NCBI GenBank assembly: GCA_964016885.1
Contig: OZ024741.1
Location: 128,278,001 to 128,342,000, forward strand
DNA length: 64,000 nt
Reading direction: 5' to 3'
Source: Eledone cirrhosa
Taxonomy: Eukaryota
Position numbers and translations under genes: made by a program. The number at the start of each line of letters is the position of its first letter. Position 1 is the stretch's first letter. Below, piece by piece: positions 56,041-64,000 of this stretch. Below the pieces are notes generated by a model. It was not told where the DNA came from. It ran no database searches and saw only the letters and a list, made by a program, of their open reading frames with translations.

Positions 56041-56435
56041 CAAACCCAAGCAATCATCGAATATCCTATATATAAACAATGTACTCAGAAAACAAAGCCG
56101 ATAATAAAGAAGGCATCCAGTGAACAAGACTGTCAGGGTTCCAAACTTGTAAAAATTACATTCGTAAAAACCGGGCCAATCATGAACTAAATATCTATAT
56201 TAGAGCTAAGACATCCCCCCCCCCAAACATTACTTCAGACATCATCCATATCCCAACCCATAACCCTCTCTAAAATGAGAGTATGGGGGGGATAGACATT
56301 TTCAAGTTGAAGCCGTCAAATTATGCAGTTTCTCTTTAAGATTAGGCATTAAATATCCATTATATATATAGAGAGAGAGAGAAGGAGGGAGAGACGGGTA
56401 GAGAGAATGAGACCACCCACACACGATTATTAATA

Positions 56436-56483
<48 letters not shown>

Positions 56484-56601
56484 TTCATCTGAACCATTGA
56501 GCACTTGCCTCACATCTCGGAGGTTGTTTTTCGTTATTTCGTGGGCCGAAATGCGAATCTCGATAATTTATGTTTGTTTATATATCTACATATATATATA
56601 T

Positions 56602-59600
56602 ATATATATGTGAATATAGACATAGAATATTCGAAAATATTCTGTATGTTTATAATAAACATTTTGAAGACCTAATCGCTATAGAATAGAATACGTCACG
56701 TATTACAATTAGATTCTCGATAAAAGCAAGGGAAGTAATCTACGCGTTTCATTCTCGTTAGAAATCATCAGGACTACATATCCAGTGCTTTTATCGAGAA
56801 TGACACAGCTAGAGACTTATAGAATACTTAGCTGTGTACAGGAACTGGTTTGAAAGAGCGGTTGCCGGTCCGGCAGAAATTAGAAATTGGAATAAATGCT
56901 CTGAAATAGCGATATATATGTGAATATAGACATAGAATATTCGAAAATATTCTGTATGTTTATAATAAACATTTTGAAGACCTAATCGCTATAGAATAGA
57001 ATACGTCACGTATTACAATTAGATTCTCGATAAAAGCAAGGGAAGTAATCTACGCGTTTCATTCTCGTTAGAAATCATCAGGACTACATATCCAGTGCTT
57101 TTATCGAGAATGACACAGCTAGAGACTTATAGAATACTTAGCTGTGTACAGGAACTGGTTTGAAAGAGCGGTTGCCGGTCCGGCAGAAATTAGAAATTGG
57201 AATAAATGCTCTGAAATAGCGATATATATGTGAATATAGACATAGAATATTCGAAAATATTCTGTATGTTTATAATAAACATTTTGAAGACCTAATCGCT
57301 ATAGAATAGAATACGTCACGTATTACAATTAGATTCTCGATAAAAGCAAGGGAAGTAATCTACGCGTTTCATTCTCGTTAGAAATCATCAGGACTACATA
57401 TCCAGTGCTTTTATCGAGAATGACACAGCTAGAGACTTATAGAATACTTAGCTGTGTACAGGAACTGGTTTGAAAGAGCGGTTGCCGGTCCGGCAGAAAT
57501 TAGAAATTGGAATAAATGCTCTGAAATAGCGATATATATGTGAATATAGACATAGAATATTCGAAAATATTCTGTATGTTTATAATAAACATTTTGAAGA
57601 CCTAATCGCTATAGAATAGAATACGTCACGTATTACAATTAGATTCTCGATAAAAGCAAGGGAAGTAATCTACGCGTTTCATTCTCGTTAGAAATCATCA
57701 GGACTACATATCCAGTGCTTTTATCGAGAATGACACAGCTAGAGACTTATAGAATACTTAGCTGTGTACAGGAACTGTTTGAAAGAGCGGTTGCCGGTCC
57801 GGCAGAAATTAGAAATTGGAATAAATGCTCTGAAATAGCGATATATATGTGAATATAGACATAGAATATTCGAAAATATTCTGTATGTTTATAATAAACA
57901 TTTTGAAGACCTAATCGCTATAGAATAGTACACAGCTAAGTATTCTATAAGTCTCTAGCTGTGTCATTCTCGATAAAAGCACTGGATATGTAGTCCTGAT
58001 GATTTCTAACGAGAATGAAACGCGTAGATTACTTCCCTTGCTTTTATCGAGAATCTAATTGTAATACGTGACGTATTCTATTCTATAGCGATTAGGTCTT
58101 CAAAATGTTTATTATAAACATACAGAATATTTTCGAATATTCTATGTCTATATTCACATATATATCGCTATTTCAGAGCATTTATTCCAATTTCTAATTT
58201 CTGCCGGACCGGCAACCGCTCTTTCAAACCAGTTCCTGTACACAGCTAAGTATTCTATAAGTCTCTAGCTGTGTCATTCTCGATAAAAGCACTGGATATG
58301 TAGTCCTGATGATTTCTAACGAGAATGAAACGCGTAGATTACTTCCCTTGCTTTTATCGAGAATCTAATTGTAATACGTGACGTATTCTATTCTATAGCG
58401 ATTAGGTCTTCAAAATGTTTATTATAAACATACAGAATATTTTCGAATATTCTATGTCTATATTCACATATATATCGCTATTTCAGAGCATTTATTCCAA
58501 TTTCTAATTTCTGCCGGACCGGCAACCGCTCTTTCAAACCAGTTCCTGTACACAGCTAAGTATTCTATAAGTCTCTAGCTGTGTCATTCTCGATAAAAGC
58601 ACTGGATATGTAGTCCTGATGATTTCTAACGAGAATGAAACGCGTAGATTACTTCCCTTGCTTTTATCGAGAATCTAATTGTAATACGTGACGTATTCTA
58701 TTCTATAGCGATTAGGTCTTCAAAATGTTTATTATAAACATACAGAATATTTTCGAATATTCTATGTCTATATTCACATATATATCGCTATTTCAGAGCA
58801 TTTATTCCAATTTCTAATTTCTGCCGGACCGGCAACCGCTCTTTCAAACCAGTTCCTGTACACAGCTAAGTATTCTATAAGTCTCTAGCTGTGTCATTCT
58901 CGATAAAAGCACTGGATATGTAGTCCTGATGATTTCTAACGAGAATGAAACGCGTAGATTACTTCCCTTGCTTTTATCGAGAATCTAATTGTAATACGTG
59001 ACGTATTCTATTCTATAGCGATTAGGTCTTCAAAATGTTTATTATAAACATACAGAATATTTTCGAATATTCTATGTCTATATTCACATATATATCGCTA
59101 TTTCAGAGCATTTATTCCAATTTCTAATTTCTGCCGGACCGGCAACCGCTCTTTCAAACCAGTTCCTGTACACAGCTAAGTATTCTATAAGTCTCTAGCT
59201 GTGTCATTCTCGATAAAAGCACTGGATATGTAGTCCTGATGATTTCTAACGAGAATGAAACGCGTAGATTACTTCCCTTGCTTTTATTGAGAATCTAATT
59301 GTAATACGTGACGTATTCTATTCTATAGCGATTAGGTCTTCAAAATGTTTATTATAAACATACAGAATATTTTCGAATATTCTATGTCTATATTCACATA
59401 TATATCGCTATTTCAGAGCATTTATTCCAATTTCTAATTTCTGCCGGACCGGCAACCGCTCTTTCAAACCAGTTCCTGTACACAGCTAAGTATTCTATAA
59501 GTCTCTAGCTGTGTCATTCTCGATAAAAGCACTGGATATGTAGTCCTGATGATTTCTAACGAGAATGAAACGCGTAGATTACTTCCCTTGCTTTTATCGA

Positions 59601-60051
59601 GAATCTAATTGTAATACGTGACGTATTCTATTCTATAGCGATTAGGTCTTCAAAATGTTTATTATAAACATACAGAATATTTTCGAATATTCTATGTCTA
59701 TATTCACATATATATCGCTATTTCAGAGCATTTATTCCAATTTCTAATTTCTGCCGGACCGGCAACCGCTCTTTCAAACCAGTTCCTGTACACAGCTAAG
59801 TATTCTATAAGTCTCTAGCTGTGTCATTCTCGATAAAAGCACTGGATATGTAGTCCTGATGATTTCTAACGAGAATGAAACGCGTAGATTACTTCCCTTG
59901 CTTTTATCGAGAATCTAATTGTAATACGTGACGTATTCTATTCTATAGCGATTAGGTCTTCAAAATGTTTATTATAAACATACAGAATATTTTCGAATAT
60001 TCTATGTCTATATTCACATATATATCGCTATTTCAGAGCATTTATTCCAAT
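56602..60051 (+). mobile_element. Retrozyme-like tandem array B: 310-bp unit; ~4.3 copies on minus (56602-57928) and ~6.85 copies on plus (57928-60051)
   Basis: GTACACAGCT marker at 57928, 58238, 58548, 58858, 59168, 59478, 59788; 11 hammerhead motifs; (TA)n on both flanks. Confidence 0.92.
57966..58054 (+). ncRNA. Type I hammerhead ribozyme (array B; repeats every 310 bp, 7 plus and 4 minus copies)
   Basis: GTAGTC CTGATGA TTTCT AACG AGAAT GAAA CGCG TA GATTAC, enclosed by a perfect 16-bp helix ATTCTCGATAAAAGCA/TGCTTTTATCGAGAAT; predicted cleavage after GUA (58026). Confidence 0.88.
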
Positions 60052-60132
60052 ATATATATATATAAATAAGAAAATACATATATATATAAATATATATATA
60101 TACATTTATATATATATATATGTATATATTTG

Positions 60133-60171
<39 letters not shown>

Positions 60172-60198
60172 TTATATATATATATATGTATATATTTG

Positions 60199-60243
<45 letters not shown>

Positions 60244-60749
60244 TATGAAGAGAGAAGAAACATTTAGATATAATTAGTAATAAAATGTATCATACCTAAA
60301 CTGCTCCTAAATTCCTCGACTACGTAGTTTCGTGGCATAAACAAAAACAATATATCAAAGATATAGAGTCCTTGCGAGGTCTGCCGACTTATCAAGAGGA
60401 TACCTCATTTTACTAGTCTCAAGAACGCGTCTACACGACGTGAGAAAGAATCCCAAAAGGCGGAGGGGGAGATAGTCACGCGATATAACGGTCGAGAAAC
60501 AGAGCTAAGCCTCTTATAACCACGAAGAAAATACCACGGAGGCGGAGGGGGTATTCATATCGAGGCCGTAGAAGAGGTAGTGAAGAAGGCGAGAAGTATG
60601 AGTAATGGAAGCTTTCCAGTTGTCCCCACACTTCAAAGATTGCTCGACCAGAGGGAGTTATTAACAATATATTTAGAAACACACAGATATATATATATAT
60701 ATATGAGGACGTACTGAAAAAACACCACAGTGCCTCCGAAATATATATA

Positions 60750-61055
60750 ATTGTTTCTACTTTTGGCACAAGGCCAGCAATTACCCAGTGTATTACTGGT
60801 ACTTTATTTTATCGACCCCGTAAGGATGAAAGGCAAAGTTAACCTCGGCGGGATTTGAACTCAGAATGGCAAGGGCCGTAACTCTATGCGTCAAAGCATG
60901 GCGTCCGACCCTCTACCGATACTGCCAATCCACCGCCAGTATATATAATTGTTTCTACTTTTGGCACAAGGCCAGCAATTACCCAGTGCATTACTGGTAC
61001 TTTATTTCATCGACCCCATGAGGATGAAAGGCAAAGTTAACCTTGGCGGGCTTTA
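60750..61055 (-). mobile_element. Two tandem tRNA-SINEs (full copy 60750-60937, truncated copy 60947-61055)
   Basis: Family motifs. Confidence 0.88.
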
Positions 61056-61110
61056 AAACATATTTTGATTATGTGAACGTATTCATTTATTAATATTTTG
61101 AATAATATAC

Positions 61111-61195
<85 letters not shown>

Positions 61196-61586
61196 TAAAG
61201 AGAGAGAGAGAGAGAGTTAATAAAGGAAACAAATAAAACATACGGATGCAAAAATGCACATTTATATTAGGTTAGCGCTTGATATATATAATATAGAGAA
61301 GGTGAGGAGATGGGTTTATGAAAGTATTTCTGGAGGCATATTTTCTAGAACATATTATCTCTAGGAGTTACAACAAGCCCACGTCTTCCCCGTCTGTCTT
61401 TTTATTCATTCGTCATTTCATTCCGATGCTTCTTTTTTTATTGATTCTAGTCATTGGATGATCACCAGTCTGGGGCAATCTCTTCAGGAATTCAGTCGAT
61501 CATATCGACCCCTTTTAATATAATTTTATCAATCTCTGCTTACGAGTTATGAATGCATGTTATATGTCTGTCTGTCTGTATGTATG

Positions 61587-62060
61587 TTTTCTCTTTCTCT
61601 TAATTTCGAGTATATTTTTTTGACCGGCCACCTTCCTGGTGGCAAGGTTGTAAAAGAAAAGAAATTGTCATCCCTTGAATCGCAAGAATGTTTTGCATAT
61701 TTTGAAGGTGCCAGCTATCGCAGCCATTTGTAGACTATGAATTAGGGAGCTGCGCTTTTTGTCCGCAAATCCAAGTTCGGTCATACTTTGGTCCAAGCGG
61801 GTTGGTATATAACCCGTAGCACCAATAATGATGGGTATGAAGCTAAAGGTGTATCTTGGATACTGGATTTGTAAGCTCCTCATCAATGGTCCGTAGATGT
61901 CCTCCTTCTCCTGTATTTTTCTGACAACGTTTACATCAAGTGGGCAGCTGATCTCCACAACAGAACACGTTTTCAATGTGTGGTCCCAAACTACAATATC
62001 AGGCCGGTTGTGCTTTAATTTGGTGGCAGTTTTTATTTTCAGGTTCCACCAGTATTCCTT
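61587..62060 (-). pseudogene. Dong/R4 family B 3' fragment (restriction-like endonuclease)
   Basis: RPDIVVWD..KTCSVVEISCP..KEDIYGPL..PIIIGATG..AAIAGTFKICKTFLRFKG*; (TATG)n flanks. Confidence 0.88.
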
Positions 62061-62669
62061 GTATGTATGTATGTATGTATGTATGTATGTATGTATGTAT
62101 GTATGTATGTATGTATGTATGTATGTATGTATGTATGTATGTGTGTGTGTATGTGTGTATGTATGGATCTATGTTTGTATGCATGTATGTTTGTATGTAT
62201 GTATGTATGTATGTATGTGTGTTTGTATGTATGTTTGTATGTATGTATGTTTGTATGTATGTGTGTATGTATGTATGTGTGTTTGTATGTATGTGTGTAT
62301 GTATGTATGTTTGTATGTATGTATGTGTGTATGTATGTATGTGTGTTTGTATGTATGTTTGTATGTAAGTATGTATGTATGTATGTTTTTATGTATGTAT
62401 GTTTGTATGTATGTTTGTATGTAAGTATGTGTGTATGTATGTTTTTATGTATGTATGTTTGTATGTATGTTTTTATGTATGTGTGTATGTATGTGTGTAT
62501 GTATGTATGTGTGTTTGTATGTATGTTTGTATGTATGTATGTATGTGTGTATTTATGTTTGTATGTATGTATATTTGTATGTATGTTTGTATGTATGTAT
62601 GCATGTTTGTATGTATGTATGTGTGTTTGTATGTATGTGTGTTTGTATGTATGTTTGTATGTAAGTATG

Positions 62670-62898
62670 TTTTCTCTTTCTCTTAATTTCGAGTATATTT
62701 TTTTGACCGGCCACCTTCCTGGTGGCAAGGTTGTAAAAGAAAAGAAATTGTCATCCCTTGAATCGCAAGAATGTTTTGCATATTTTGAAGGTGCCAGCTA
62801 TCGCAGCCATTTGTAGACTATGAATTAGGGAGCTGCGCTTTTTGTCCGCAAATCCAAGTTCGGTCATACTTTGGTCCAAGCGGGTTGGTATATAACCC
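62670..62898 (-). mobile_element. Second copy of the Dong/R4 family B 3' end
   Basis: Matches 61587-61815. Confidence 0.85.
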
Positions 62899-63339
62899 AT
62901 GTTTGTATGTATGTATGTTTGTATGTATGTTTGTATATATGTGTGTATGTATGTATGTGTGTATATATGTGTGTTTGTATGTATGTTTGTATGTATGTTT
63001 GTATGTATGTATGTATGTTTGTATGTATGTATATATATCTGTATGTGTTTATGTAAGTATGTGTGTATGAGAAGAAAAATTGCTACTCAAATTTACCGGG
63101 CTATAAGCATTGTTGTCATTTTTGACGGGTACTATGCTAGTATATGTTTGTAGATATATAGATAGGTAAAGAGAGAGAGAGAGGAGGTAGAGAGATGGAG
63201 AGATAGAGAGAGAGTTAGAGTCAGTCAGTATGGGAATAGGTTTGAGGTTCCCGTGGGTATACGTGTGTATTTATACATGTTTTTGAGTATCTGTACACAC
63301 ACACACACACATAGATATCTATTTTATATATATTTATAG

Positions 63340-63394
<55 letters not shown>

Positions 63395-64000
63395 CTGTGT
63401 GAGTATATGCATGCATGTACACACACACACACACACATATACTCAAACACACATACATATATGTATGTATATAATATATGTGTGTATGGGTGTGTTTGTG
63501 CATGTGTGCAAATATATATGCCTGTGTGTATATTCATGTATATATATTTATATATATGAGTATATATACACACGCACACACACACACACACACGCACACA
63601 GACACGCACACGCACACACATATATATATATATATATTACATATATATACATACACACACATATATATATTACATATTTATGCGTGTGACTGTGCGTGAC
63701 TTTATGTTTTGTGTGTGAATGTGTGTATATGTCTTTGCGGGTGTGGCTTTAGTGTGCTTGTATGTGTGTGTATGTGCGTGTATGTGCGTGTATGTGCGTG
63801 TGTGTGTGTGTGTGTATGTGTGTGTATGTGTGTGTATGTCTGTGTATGTGTGTGTTTTAGGTCTGTCATCCTTATCTTCTAAAATGTCAAATGTAGGGTG
63901 ATACCAAATGATGTATTATTTCCATCCGTGTAGATACATAGAAAAAAAAATGTTATATGGTTATATGAAAAATGATATGAAGAGCAACGTATGTCAGAAG

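Noticed and set aside
56602-60051. CRISPR array or ordinary satellite interpretation of the tandem arrays
   Set aside because: There are no variable spacers and the context is eukaryotic; the hammerhead in every unit and the inversion fit a retrozyme better

Overview
Eukaryotic, AT-rich, microsatellite-saturated DNA with no recognisable host gene exon. The repeat landscape (tRNA-headed SINEs, RTE, Dong/R4, CR1, Tx1, Penelope-like elements, mariner, (TA)n/(TACA)n/(CA)n tracts) suggests an octopus/coleoid cephalopod intergenic or intronic region; this is an inference. Almost all listed ORFs are translations of simple repeats. The main result is a hammerhead-ribozyme (HHR) system. Two unrelated, near-homogeneous tandem arrays (a ~467-bp unit at 13037-15395 and a 310-bp unit at 56602-60051) carry a type I hammerhead in every unit (5 and 11 copies), i.e. 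non-LTR retrozyme-like concatemers. Each array has a head-to-head inversion and lies in (TA)n. Candidate helper Penelope-like elements lie nearby (17300-20200 with an intact 3' HHR; 49745-51070 with a decayed HHR), along with more than 10 further paired, fold-back or degenerate HHR relics, several with the same divergent geometry. There is a 200-N assembly gap at 10022-10221.
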